From: Candidatus Buchananbacteria bacterium | GTDB lineage: Bacteria > Patescibacteriota > Patescibacteriia > 2-01-FULL-39-33 | Assembly (NCBI GenBank): GCA_903863425.1 | Contig: CAIPBY010000086.1 | Span: 1 to 55,488, forward strand | Direction: 5' to 3' | Length of the DNA: 55,488 nt | Shown: positions 27,760-36,320 of the stretch, piece after piece | Position numbering within the stretch: position 1 is the stretch's first letter | How the letters are laid out: every line of letters starts with the position of its first letter | Translations under genes and position numbers: made by a program | The notes under the pieces: generated by a model | What the model was told of the DNA's origin: nothing | Databases searched by the model: none | What the model saw: the letters and a program-made list of their open reading frames with translations, nothing else

Positions 27760-28863
27760 ATGACTCCGACAGATAAACCACACGCCAAATATTTCTTGGC
27801 TTTGGCCAAAGTCAAGATCATAGGCCCTGTCAGATTCCAGAAAATCTGGAATTTTTTTGGCAATTTGGAAGAGGCCTGGAGTGCCAAGCAAGTTGATTTC
27901 CAAAGTGCCGGACTAGAAGAAGATGTCGTCCAAAAAATTATTGAAACCAGAGATAAAATAGATCTTAATTCTGAAATGGAAAAACTAGCTAATGATGGAA
28001 TTAATTTCACTACTGTCTTTGATGACAATTATCCCAAACTTTTGAAAGAAATTTACAATCCCCCATTCATCTTATTCTACCGAGGAAATATTTCCCGTCT
28101 ATACGATTCTTGCCTGGGCGTGGTGGGAGCACGCAAGAATTCTTCTTACGGCGAGCAAGTCACTCGTGAAATAGTTTCCGAGTTAACTCGGCAGAAAATC
28201 ACTATTGTCTCCGGCCTGGCGCTAGGAATAGACGCTTTAGCTCACCAAGCTTGCTTGCAGGCGGGAGGAGTCACTGTGGCAGTACTAGGTTCATCGCTAG
28301 ACTGGCCTAATATCGGCCCGTCAACCAATAAACAGCTTGCCAGAGACATTCTGGAGCAAGGCGGATGCCTGGTCTCCGAATATGCGCCCGTATTTCCCGC
28401 TTCCAAAATAACTTTTCCTTTACGAAATAGAATTATTTCCGGGCTTTCTCTGGGTGTATTAATTATTGAAGCGGCTCAAAGTTCAGGCACCCTTATCACT
28501 GGCAAATTCGCCTTAGAGCAGAACCGCGATGTCTTCGCTGTGCCTGGAAATATTTATAATCTTACTTCTGTCGGCACTAATAATTTAATTAAATTGGGCG
28601 CGAAGCTAGTGACTAGCGCTTCGGATATTTTGGAAGAATTAAATCTGCGACAAATAAGTGAAATTAGCGAACAAATTATAGAAATTCCTACGACTGATGA
28701 GGAAAAATTCATCCTGCAATACCTATCTCAAGAGCCAACCCACATTGACAAAATCAGCCAATTATGTAAAATTAGAATCAGTGTGCTTTCCAGCAAATTA
28801 ATGCTCATGGAAATGAACGGGCTAATTAAAGACGCTGGTGCTCAAAATTATATTAAAAAATAG
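27760..28863 (+). CDS. dprA: DNA processing protein DprA
   Basis: GARKNSSYGE, SGLALGIDALAHQACLQAGGVTVAVLGSSLD, FPLRNRIISGLS and SGTLITGKFALEQNRDVFAVPG. Confidence 0.9.
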   Translation: MTPTDKPHAKYFLALAKVKIIGPVRFQKIWNFFGNLEEAWSAKQVDFQSAGLEEDVVQKIIETRDKIDLNSEMEKLANDGINFTTVFDDNYPKLLKEIYNPPFILFYRGNISRLYDSCLGVVGARKNSSYGEQVTREIVSELTRQKITIVSGLALGIDALAHQACLQAGGVTVAVLGSSLDWPNIGPSTNKQLARDILEQGGCLVSEYAPVFPASKITFPLRNRIISGLSLGVLIIEAAQSSGTLITGKFALEQNRDVFAVPGNIYNLTSVGTNNLIKLGAKLVTSASDILEELNLRQISEISEQIIEIPTTDEEKFILQYLSQEPTHIDKISQLCKIRISVLSSKLMLMEMNGLIKDAGAQNYIKK

Positions 28864-28888
28864 AAGCAAAATAACACTAAATTATAAT

Positions 28889-31066
28889 ATGGCCAAAAAA
28901 TTATTAATCGTCGAGTCACCTGCCAAAGCCAAAACCATTTCTAAATATTTGGATAATGAGTATGATGTCCGAGCTTCCGTGGGCCATATTCGTGATCTGC
29001 CCAAATCCAACAAGAACGCTATTGATATCGAAGGCGGATTTATTCCTCATTATGAAATTTCTCCTGGCAAAGAACGAGTAGTTTCCGAATTGCGATCTAT
29101 GGCCAAGAAAGCTACTGAGGTCTTACTTGCTACTGATCCTGACCGCGAAGGAGAAGCCATTGCTTGGCACATCAAAGAAGCTATCGGTCTTCACAGTCCC
29201 AAACGGATAGTATTTCACGAAATTACCAAGGAAGCGGTTCAAGAAGCCATTAAGCATCCTAGGCAAATTGATGAAAATTTGAAAGAAGCCCAAGAAGCTA
29301 GACGAGTCCTGGATAGATTATTCGGCTATGACTTAAGCGGTTTGATTTGGCAGAAAGTTCGATACGGATTATCTGCCGGACGAGTGCAATCACCGGCACT
29401 GAGAATTCTTGTGGAAAAAGAAAAGGAAATTCGAGCTTTCCAGCCCGAAGACTACTTTGTGATTGAAGCTGATTTCGAAACTATCCGCGGTGACAAAACC
29501 AGATTCACTTGCAGTATTGAACCCAAGACCGCAGAAGAAACTGCCAAAATTGTCGAAGGCGCCAAATCAGCCAAGTGGATTGCAAGTAAAGTCGAAGAAA
29601 GCCAAGCCAGCAGGAAAGCGCGAGCGCCGTTTACCACTTCTACTTTACAGCAAGCCGCTTCGTCACGCTTAGGCTACTCCCCTTCAATTACTATGCGTCT
29701 TGCTCAGAAATTATATGAAGCCGGACACATTACTTATATGAGAACCGACTCGACCAACCTCTCCGAACAAGCTACCAATGAGATTCATACTCTAGTAATT
29801 TCGCAGTATGGCAAAGAGTATTCCAAGCCTCAAAAATTTGCCACCAAAAGTAAAAACGCCCAAGAGGCTCATGAAGCCATCAGACCAACCCACTTCTCCA
29901 AATCTGAGGCTGGCTCTAGTGAACAGGAGAAAAAGCTCTACAAGCTAATCTGGCAACGCACCATGGCCTGCCAAATGTCTGATGCCAAGGTTTTGAAGAC
30001 TAAGGCCGTTGCTTCTGCTGATAACCTGCCTGATTTCTCAGCTGATGGCTCACGAATATTATTTGAAGGCTGGCTCAAAGCCGATCCTAGGTCACGAGGC
30101 GAGGAGAAAGAATTGCCGGAGATTAAAGAAGGCGAGAAATTAAAATTAGATAATGTTGAATCTGAAGCTAAACAAACCACGCCACCCAATAGATATAGTG
30201 AAGCTGGACTGGTCAAGGAGTTAGAGAAACGAGGCATTGGCCGTCCGTCAACTTATGCCAGCATTATCAAAACCATTCAAGATAGAGGCTATGCCGTAAA
30301 AGAGAATAAGGCGCTTGGAGCGACAGAAGTGGGCGAAGTAGTCAGCGATTTCTTGTCACAGAACTTCGGAGAATATATTTCTGATACCTACACTGCCGAA
30401 TTAGAAGATAAATTGGATGATATTGCTTTGGGAAAAGGGACATATCTCAAAACCCTGAAGGATTTCTACGGCCCTTTCCATGAAGAAATTAAAAGCAAGA
30501 AATCCATTCCCAAAATTACTGATTTGGGTGCTGCTCCAGAGGGCACCAAATGCCCTGTTTGTGACGGCCCGATGATCATCAAATTGGGACGAGGCGGAAA
30601 ATTCTATTCTTGCGCCAAATTCCCGGATTGCCAAGGAGCCATGGCCATGGACGGAAAAGTCCTAGAAGCACCCAAGGCCACCGGAGAGAAATGCCCCAAG
30701 TGTGGCAAAGGCGACCTGATTGAACGCGAGGGCAAATATGGTAAATTCATTGCCTGCAATAATTATCCCAAATGCCGATATATCAAAAAAGACGAAGTAG
30801 CTGAAGCCGAAAGGCAGAAAGCCTCAGATACTGGCGTGCAATGCACGGAATGCAAAAAGGGTACTATGATCGAGAAACGAGGGCGCTTTGGAGTGTTCTA
30901 TGGTTGCTCTAATTATCCTGATTGCAAAAACCTAATTAAGACCAAACCAACCGGCAAATTCTGTCCCCTCTGTGGCAAACTAATGATGGAAGGCACCAAG
31001 ACTATTCCGGAAAGATGCAGTGATAAAAACTGTCCAAATCACAATCCACAGAAGTTAAATAAATAA
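28889..31066 (+). CDS. topA: DNA topoisomerase I with four C-terminal Cys4 zinc ribbons
   Basis: MAKKLLIVESPAKAKTISKYL (Toprim), DPDREGEAIAWH, and ITYMRTDS (the catalytic Tyr region). The C-terminus has CPVCDG..CAKFPDC, CPKCGKG..CNNYPKC, CTECKKG..CSNYPDC and CPLCG..CSDKNC. The start was moved from the track's upstream ATG (28838) to the conserved MAKKL. Confidence 0.9.
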   Translation: MAKKLLIVESPAKAKTISKYLDNEYDVRASVGHIRDLPKSNKNAIDIEGGFIPHYEISPGKERVVSELRSMAKKATEVLLATDPDREGEAIAWHIKEAIGLHSPKRIVFHEITKEAVQEAIKHPRQIDENLKEAQEARRVLDRLFGYDLSGLIWQKVRYGLSAGRVQSPALRILVEKEKEIRAFQPEDYFVIEADFETIRGDKTRFTCSIEPKTAEETAKIVEGAKSAKWIASKVEESQASRKARAPFTTSTLQQAASSRLGYSPSITMRLAQKLYEAGHITYMRTDSTNLSEQATNEIHTLVISQYGKEYSKPQKFATKSKNAQEAHEAIRPTHFSKSEAGSSEQEKKLYKLIWQRTMACQMSDAKVLKTKAVASADNLPDFSADGSRILFEGWLKADPRSRGEEKELPEIKEGEKLKLDNVESEAKQTTPPNRYSEAGLVKELEKRGIGRPSTYASIIKTIQDRGYAVKENKALGATEVGEVVSDFLSQNFGEYISDTYTAELEDKLDDIALGKGTYLKTLKDFYGPFHEEIKSKKSIPKITDLGAAPEGTKCPVCDGPMIIKLGRGGKFYSCAKFPDCQGAMAMDGKVLEAPKATGEKCPKCGKGDLIEREGKYGKFIACNNYPKCRYIKKDEVAEAERQKASDTGVQCTECKKGTMIEKRGRFGVFYGCSNYPDCKNLIKTKPTGKFCPLCGKLMMEGTKTIPERCSDKNCPNHNPQKLNK

Positions 31067-31071
31067 TTGCT

Positions 31072-31112
31072 TGCTACGTAACACCTGTCCGCCTCTGGCG
31101 GATGTTACGTAA
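31072..31112. repeat. Palindromic element, family B copy 2
   Basis: GCTACGTAACA-CCTGTCCGCCTCTGGCGGA-TGTTACGTAAC. The core is identical to copy 1. A G-C to A-T compensatory change in the stem preserves pairing. Confidence 0.8.
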
Positions 31113-31150
31113 CAAAAAAACATCCCACTCGTTTGAGCGGGATGTTTTTT
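31113..31150. terminator. Bidirectional intrinsic terminator between convergent topA and the 478-aa ORF
   Basis: AAAAAAA-CATCCCACTCG..GAGCGGGATG-TTTTTTT. Confidence 0.75.
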
Positions 31151-31162
31151 TATAAAGATTAA

Positions 31163-32599
31163 TTATTTATTTAAATCGGCAAGACATGCATCTTTCGTAC
31201 TAAAAGTTTTTAAGCCATAATACATATAAGCACCACAGAATTGCCTATAGCCACAAGAAATGGTGTTATTATCATGCCAATAAAGGTCAGAACAATCGGA
31301 ACAAACAAATTCACAATTTGGACCAGTGCGAGAAACAACCAAGCCCGTGCCGGGACAGGTATACATATCTTGAGCGCAAACCGATATCGGTATTGCCAAA
31401 GATAAATTTAAATAATTATTAAGAATCGGTTCTTGAGCTATAATCTGGGGGCCCCTACTTTGATAAAAAGGTAATGTAGTTGAAGATATATTAATTACAT
31501 ATTTAGCCTTAAAATTATTAGCAACGAAACCAGTCGAGGTAACTAATCTCATTTTTAAATCATTTGATATATAATAAATATTATCTAAATCGCCCTGGTA
31601 ATGTATTAAAGAACCAGCCAATGATTGAGCTAATGTAGAACTACTTATAGTGCCAGACTTAGTATAATTTGCTTCGTATTTAGGATCGATATAGGATACT
31701 CGCGATGACAAATTTTTTCCATACAAGGCGGTCAAAAAGTTAGAATCGCTAAATCTTATTAGAACTAATCTATTAGCACTATCAATCGAGACCTGATAAG
31801 TACTAGAACTATTAGTAAACCTAATTAATTTGGTTCCTGGACGCATAGTCAAATTAGAGCCAAAACTAATCGCATTAAAATCAGATTGCGAAATCATCTT
31901 AACTGTTGTTGTATTAAAACCCCAACTATCAAATATATCCATTGTTGAGCTACCTGTACTAGTAGGAATTAGATGCTTTTGAAAATCTGAACCATAAAAA
32001 TAAATTCCTTGGTTATTGACGGTCTGAATAAGATCGCCCACCCTGGGGTTGAAAGATATTTTGATACAACTCCCATTACTGCAACCATACGGACAAACGC
32101 CTTGCAATGCATAAGTGCTTGTGGGACTGCTGGTGTTATAAAGATAAAGCCGAGCCGTACGCATACTGCCATTACTTACAGTTTTAGTGCAATATCTTTC
32201 CATTAAACCACAACCCGCGTCACTGCAAGAAGTAGTGGCCTTTCCACCCATAGTGCAATAATCAGCATTAGCCTCTATTTGATTCTGTGTTGAAGATGGT
32301 ATGGCAATCTTATAATCCGTACGAGTATCATAAGTATAGCCCTTTATCTTTGGTGAGGGATTTGAACTGACAACCGGATATTGAGTACTAACATCGTAAT
32401 CATAACACACGGCTACCGTTGGCATGGTGGGCACCCCAGACATTTTAATCACTCCCGCCATATTACTGACGAAACTGGCGCCGAAAGCCGCCAACAGCGC
32501 TACTGCGCAAATCGCAGATACCGCGACAACCATTCCAGTGGCAGGATTGGCTTGAGTTTGCACCTGCAACGGAATTTCATTTATTTTGCCTCTAGGCAT
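31163..32599 (-). CDS. Hypothetical membrane-anchored, Cys-containing extracytoplasmic protein
   Basis: A 478-aa ORF with a single N-terminal TM segment (GMVVAVSAICAVALLAAFGASFV). The N- and C-terminal portions are Cys-rich. I recognise no family. Confidence 0.6.
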   Translation of the reverse strand: MPRGKINEIPLQVQTQANPATGMVVAVSAICAVALLAAFGASFVSNMAGVIKMSGVPTMPTVAVCYDYDVSTQYPVVSSNPSPKIKGYTYDTRTDYKIAIPSSTQNQIEANADYCTMGGKATTSCSDAGCGLMERYCTKTVSNGSMRTARLYLYNTSSPTSTYALQGVCPYGCSNGSCIKISFNPRVGDLIQTVNNQGIYFYGSDFQKHLIPTSTGSSTMDIFDSWGFNTTTVKMISQSDFNAISFGSNLTMRPGTKLIRFTNSSSTYQVSIDSANRLVLIRFSDSNFLTALYGKNLSSRVSYIDPKYEANYTKSGTISSSTLAQSLAGSLIHYQGDLDNIYYISNDLKMRLVTSTGFVANNFKAKYVINISSTTLPFYQSRGPQIIAQEPILNNYLNLSLAIPISVCAQDMYTCPGTGLVVSRTGPNCEFVCSDCSDLYWHDNNTISCGYRQFCGAYMYYGLKTFSTKDACLADLNK

Positions 32600-32700
32600 A
32601 ATAATTTAATTTAGTTTATAAAAATATATGTAAAGTTTTTGGAATTAACTATATTATACCACATACCAATATATATTATCCACATAACTTACTAACATAA

Positions 32701-33570
32701 TTATATTATCTTCTTCACTATCTCCCTAAATTCCTCATCCGAGAAAAACTTAATAGTTATGGTTCCCGCCTTTCCGGATCTTCTAACTTCCACTTTTGTC
32801 TCGAGCGCTCTCTGTAAATTCTCTTCCGCTTCTCTCGCTTCCGGATCACTATGCAAAGGCCTAATTTTTTTCTTAATTACAATTTCTCGGCCAGCTCTTT
32901 CTGTCTCGCCTGAAGTCAATTTATCCTCCAAAATCTTTTTCAATAATTCCAGCTGGTCTTCTTCAGGAAGTCCGGCCAACACCCTGGCATGAGAATCACT
33001 TATCTTGCCATCACGAATCGCTTGATGCACTTCTTCTCGAGCCGTAAGAATTCTAATGGTATTGGTAACCGCTGGACGGCTCTTGCCCACTTTCTTGGCT
33101 AATTGATCTTGAGTTAAATTAAATTCGTCAATTAATTTAGAATAAGCAGCAGCCACTTCCAGAACATTTAAATCTTCTCTTTGTAAATTCTCAATCAGCG
33201 CTATTTCCATCTTCTTCTGCTCGCTCATATCTCGCACAATCGCCGGAACTGTCTTCAGGCCCAAAGCCTTGGCACTACGCCATCTTCTCTCACCAGCAAT
33301 GAGTTGCCAAGAATCAGAGCCTTCCTTGGTTACTATAATTGGTTGGATAATGCCATATTCTTTGATCGATTCCATTAATTCCTGAAGTTTGTCTTCACTA
33401 AATGTTTTCCTGGGCTGATGCGGATTAGGGGTAATTTTTTCAACCGGAATTTCACTTACCATTTCCCTTTTGCCAGTTAAATTATCAATAACCATGCCAT
33501 CATCGAGGATAACCGGGTTTAATTTTCTGTTTGGTATCAGCGAGCCTAGCCCGCGTCCAAGTCCTGACAT
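32701..33570 (-). CDS. parB: Chromosome partitioning protein ParB/Spo0J
   Basis: NPHQPRKTF, GIIQPIIV, IAGERRWRSAKALGL, and the HTH LTQDQLAKKVGKSRPAVTNTIRIL. Confidence 0.9.
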   Translation of the reverse strand: MSGLGRGLGSLIPNRKLNPVILDDGMVIDNLTGKREMVSEIPVEKITPNPHQPRKTFSEDKLQELMESIKEYGIIQPIIVTKEGSDSWQLIAGERRWRSAKALGLKTVPAIVRDMSEQKKMEIALIENLQREDLNVLEVAAAYSKLIDEFNLTQDQLAKKVGKSRPAVTNTIRILTAREEVHQAIRDGKISDSHARVLAGLPEEDQLELLKKILEDKLTSGETERAGREIVIKKKIRPLHSDPEAREAEENLQRALETKVEVRRSGKAGTITIKFFSDEEFREIVKKII

Positions 33571-33574
33571 AGTA

Positions 33575-34339
33575 TTATGAGGTTAAATAAATAAATTCTC
33601 GAGCTAGCCGTTCATAAGCTCTGGCACCCTTGGATTTCGGGTCATAACCAAGAATGGTTTTGCCATGACTTGGCGCTTCAGAAAGACGAATACTTCGAGG
33701 TATGACTGAACGAAAAATCTTATTGGGGAAATATTTGTATAATTCACGGAGTACATCATTGGCCAGCTTGAAACGGCTATCATACATAGTAAGCACGGCT
33801 CCCAAGATATCTAATTCCGGCTTAATATTTTCTTGAATCAAACCGATAGTGCCGAGCAATTGCCCCAATCCTTCGAGAGCAAAATATTCCGCTTGCACCG
33901 GAATGAGAATTTGATCGCAGGCGACTAAGCCGTTTATAGTAAGAAGGCCCAATGACGGCGGACAATCAATAATTATATAATCAAAGTCATTTCTAATATC
34001 CAACAAATTATCATGAAGGCGGAATTCCCTCCTATCCATATTGACCAGCTCCACGTTGGCGCCAGCAAGCGACATGGTCGAAGGAGCTAATTTATAGAAA
34101 TCATGAGCCGTGTCGAGGATAATCTCACGAAAGGATACCGGACTAGTAAGCACTTCATAAATCCCCTTTTCTAAATCTTCTCGTCCGATTCCCAAGCCGG
34201 AAGTGGCATTGCTCTGCGGATCAAGATCCACTAGTAAAACAAACTTGCCTAATTTACTTAGGTAAGCCGCTAAATTAATTGACGTAGTAGTTTTACCTAC
34301 TCCGCCCTTCTGATTTACCACCGAAATTATCTTTCCCAT
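33575..34339 (-). CDS. parA: Chromosome partitioning ATPase ParA/Soj
   Basis: The deviant Walker A motif NQKGGVGKTTTSINLAAYL, plus VLLVDLDPQSNAT and IIIDCPPSLG. Confidence 0.9.
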   Translation of the reverse strand: MGKIISVVNQKGGVGKTTTSINLAAYLSKLGKFVLLVDLDPQSNATSGLGIGREDLEKGIYEVLTSPVSFREIILDTAHDFYKLAPSTMSLAGANVELVNMDRREFRLHDNLLDIRNDFDYIIIDCPPSLGLLTINGLVACDQILIPVQAEYFALEGLGQLLGTIGLIQENIKPELDILGAVLTMYDSRFKLANDVLRELYKYFPNKIFRSVIPRSIRLSEAPSHGKTILGYDPKSKGARAYERLAREFIYLTS

Positions 34340-34461
34340 AGTGGTTATATTATAACAAAATTTTTAATTTAAAACAATTTAGAACCTGCCCAAAACTTGC
34401 CAAAATCCGATTCTTTTGCTAAAATATAAAAAGCTAAAATATAAGCGATAAATAAAAGTAT

Positions 34462-34534
34462 CGCGGGGTAGAGCAGTTGGCAGCTCGGCGGGCCCATAAC
34501 CCGCAGGTCGCCGGTTCGAGTCCGGCCCCCGCAA
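34462..34534 (+). tRNA. Initiator tRNA-fMet (CAU)
   Basis: CGCGGGG-TA-GAGC-AGTTGGCA-GCTC-G-GCGGG-CCCATAA-CCCGC-AGGTC-GCCGG-TTCGAGT-CCGGC-CCCCGCA-A. It has the C1-A72 mismatch and three G-C pairs at the base of the anticodon stem, both initiator hallmarks. Position 33 reads C rather than U. No CCA is encoded. Confidence 0.85.
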
Positions 34535-34545
34535 CAAATTAATTT

Positions 34546-34680
34546 GGCAGGGTAGCTCAGTGGGTCAATGCGACCACAGGAAAGCATTGACAGGGCAGGA
34601 GCGAAGCTAGTCCGGTAATCCGGACGACGCTGAGAGTAGACAAATGTAATCATTTGGCTCTGCCCAGGAAGAGCAGAGGA
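34546..34680 (+). pseudogene. 5' fragment (positions 1-31) of the downstream tRNA-Met, interrupted in the D loop by a 107-nt structured insert; possibly an independent ncRNA
   Basis: 34546-34563 (GGCAGGGTAGCTCAGTGG) and 34671-34680 (GAGCAGAGGA) are identical to the tRNA at 34707. The 34564-34670 insert folds on paper into GTCAATGC..GCATTGAC, GGGCAG..CTGCCC, GTCCGG-TAAT-CCGGAC and CAAATG-TAAT-CATTTG. No anticodon 3' strand or T arm follows. Confidence 0.5.
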
Positions 34681-34706
34681 TTTAAAAATTAGAAAGTAAA
34701 ATATAT

Positions 34707-34778
<72 letters not shown>

Positions 34779-34791
34779 CTGGGTGTAATCA

Positions 34792-34873
34792 GCCCGAGTG
34801 ATGAAATTGGTAAACATGCACGACTCAAAATCGTGTGCCGAAAGGCTTGAGAGTTCGAGTCTCTCCTCGGGCA
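34792..34873 (+). tRNA. tRNA-Leu (CAA), class II with a long variable arm
   Basis: GCCCGAG-TG-..-CACGA-CTCAAAA-TCGTG-TGCCGAAAGGCT-..GAGAG-TTCGAGT-CTCTC-CTCGGGC-A. Confidence 0.85.
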
Positions 34874-34874
34874 C

Positions 34875-34904
34875 AAAAAATATGGCTAATGGCCATATTT
34901 TTTA
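34875..34904. terminator. Bidirectional intrinsic terminator
   Basis: AAAAAATATGGC-TAAT-GGCCATATTTTTT, between tRNA-Leu (+) and the LAGLIDADG ORF (-). Confidence 0.7.
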
Positions 34905-34905
34905 A

Positions 34906-35484
34906 TTAACTCTTATTAATTCCCACGAGTTCAATAAAATCTTTTGCATTTTTTGTGATTCTAATCGTATACTTATCCTTCCTATTCAATTGTCTATGAA
35001 TTTGTATATTGGGTTTAAACCCGATTTCTTTAATCATTTCTACAACATCTTTATGTAAATTTGGTATTATGGTGACAAAATTTACCATTACATATTTCCT
35101 GTCAAAATAAATTGAGCCGTCAGTTTCAAATAATCCCCTAAGACATTTTAAAGTAAAATCCTCTTCAAATTTTATCCAATCCGGCACTGAAACCTTTTGA
35201 TTATATTTTGAGCCGTCATTGGCCTTCCATCCCAGATATTCTTCTAGTTTATTGGAATAGCAACTGATATCCACACAATTATCTCCTCTATTTATGATTG
35301 AGATCTTATTCTTGGGTAAAATAATTTTTAATGAAGATATAATATTTTTTATAATATTCTCATATTTCTTGTCGCAAGTTATTCTAAGTCTAACTGCCCG
35401 ACCATTGGGGTTAGAAAGATTACCATCTCCCAAGGCAATCCCAATAATATAAGCTAGATGATTTTTATGCCCTCCTAATGACAT
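34906..35484 (-). CDS. Free-standing double-motif LAGLIDADG homing endonuclease
   Basis: 192 aa. Motif 1 is LAYIIGIALGDGNL and motif 2 is LRGLFETDGSIY. Confidence 0.8.
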   Translation of the reverse strand: MSLGGHKNHLAYIIGIALGDGNLSNPNGRAVRLRITCDKKYENIIKNIISSLKIILPKNKISIINRGDNCVDISCYSNKLEEYLGWKANDGSKYNQKVSVPDWIKFEEDFTLKCLRGLFETDGSIYFDRKYVMVNFVTIIPNLHKDVVEMIKEIGFKPNIQIHRQLNRKDKYTIRITKNAKDFIELVGINKS

Positions 35485-35689
35485 ATTTTATGAGATTATT
35501 TTATCTAAATTCTAAGGTTTAAATTATTAAACTAATTAATTTAATTATAAATTAGCTTAATTATAATATTTTTTACCATAAAAATAAACACCTACCACTA
35601 AAAACAGATCTTGTTCAACTTCTCAAATTTTGCTATTATATATATAATTGTATCCCAATTACTTACTAATACGACTTACCACTTAAAAC

Positions 35690-36187
35690 ATGTTTATAAC
35701 CATTCACGCCGCCGCCGCCACTCTCATTGGCGCTCAAACCGATAATGCGGCTATTGCTTTCGGACTAGGCGTGGTCTCCCATTTTATTCTGGATATGATT
35801 CCTCACGGAGACATGGAACTAGGCAAGAGATTCTTCGGACTCAAAATCAGTAACTTACGAGAAGAAAATAAACTAAAAACCATGGCCCTCTATGGCAGTA
35901 TGGATGCCTGCACCATGGTCTTGCTTCTCGTTTTTTTATTCAAAAATTTTGATTTCGCCAGATCTGATGGTGTTTCTTGGGCGATCATCGGCGGAATTTT
36001 GCCTGACTTTCTGGTCGGATTCTATCAGCTGACCAAATTCAAATACATAAAATGGATTTATAAATTCCACCACTGGAATCATTTTTTAATCCTGAATAAA
36101 TTGAAAAAAGATCTGCCGATCAAGTATGGTATTATTATGCAAGCCACAGTTCTTGTCGCCATTGTTTGCCTATTATATTTCTCTTAA
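35690..36187 (+). CDS. Small polytopic membrane protein, possibly a YdjM-like membrane-bound metal-dependent hydrolase
   Basis: 165 aa and hydrophobic, with a VSHFILDMIPHGD motif. The family assignment is tentative. Confidence 0.4.
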   Translation: MFITIHAAAATLIGAQTDNAAIAFGLGVVSHFILDMIPHGDMELGKRFFGLKISNLREENKLKTMALYGSMDACTMVLLLVFLFKNFDFARSDGVSWAIIGGILPDFLVGFYQLTKFKYIKWIYKFHHWNHFLILNKLKKDLPIKYGIIMQATVLVAIVCLLYFS

Positions 36188-36317
36188 CTCCTACAAAGCT
36201 CCTACGAATTACGAATTCTCCTACAAATTACAAATCTATTACAAATATACGAATATCCATAAAAGATATTCGTATATTTATTTGTATATTCGGTATTGAT
36301 TCATAAATTTGTAGGAG
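36188..36317. repeat. Palindromic intergenic element, family A copy 2
   Basis: CTCCTACAAATTACAAATCTATTACAAATATAC...ATTTGTATATTCGGTATTGATTCATAAATTTGTAGGAG matches the reverse complement of copy 1 in both arms. The left arm is partly reiterated (CTCCTACAAAG / CTCCTACGAATTACGAATT / CTCCTACAAATTAC). Confidence 0.75.
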
Positions 36318-36320
36318 TTT

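Noticed and set aside
28838-28888. The 17-codon N-terminal extension of topA in the ORF track (MLKIILKNRSKITLNYN), and the similar 15-codon extension of the recombinase (46586-46630).
   Set aside because: The conserved protein N-termini begin at the downstream ATGs (MAKKLLIVESPAKAK and MENKPEQLKYIIYRRKSS). The topA extension overlaps the dprA coding end, and the recombinase extension lies in the inverted-repeat region.
34369-34653. A 94-aa minus-strand ORF.
   Set aside because: It runs antisense through tRNA-fMet and the tRNA fragment, so it is an artefact.
34564-34670. The structured insert as 5S rRNA, SRP RNA or RNase P RNA. GAGAGTAG and CTGCCCAGG vaguely recall the 5S 3' region.
   Set aside because: It is too short and lacks the helix I partner, loop C/E signatures, the SRP GGAA/AGCA motif and the RNase P GAGGAAAGUCC box. 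The resemblance is limited to a few bases.
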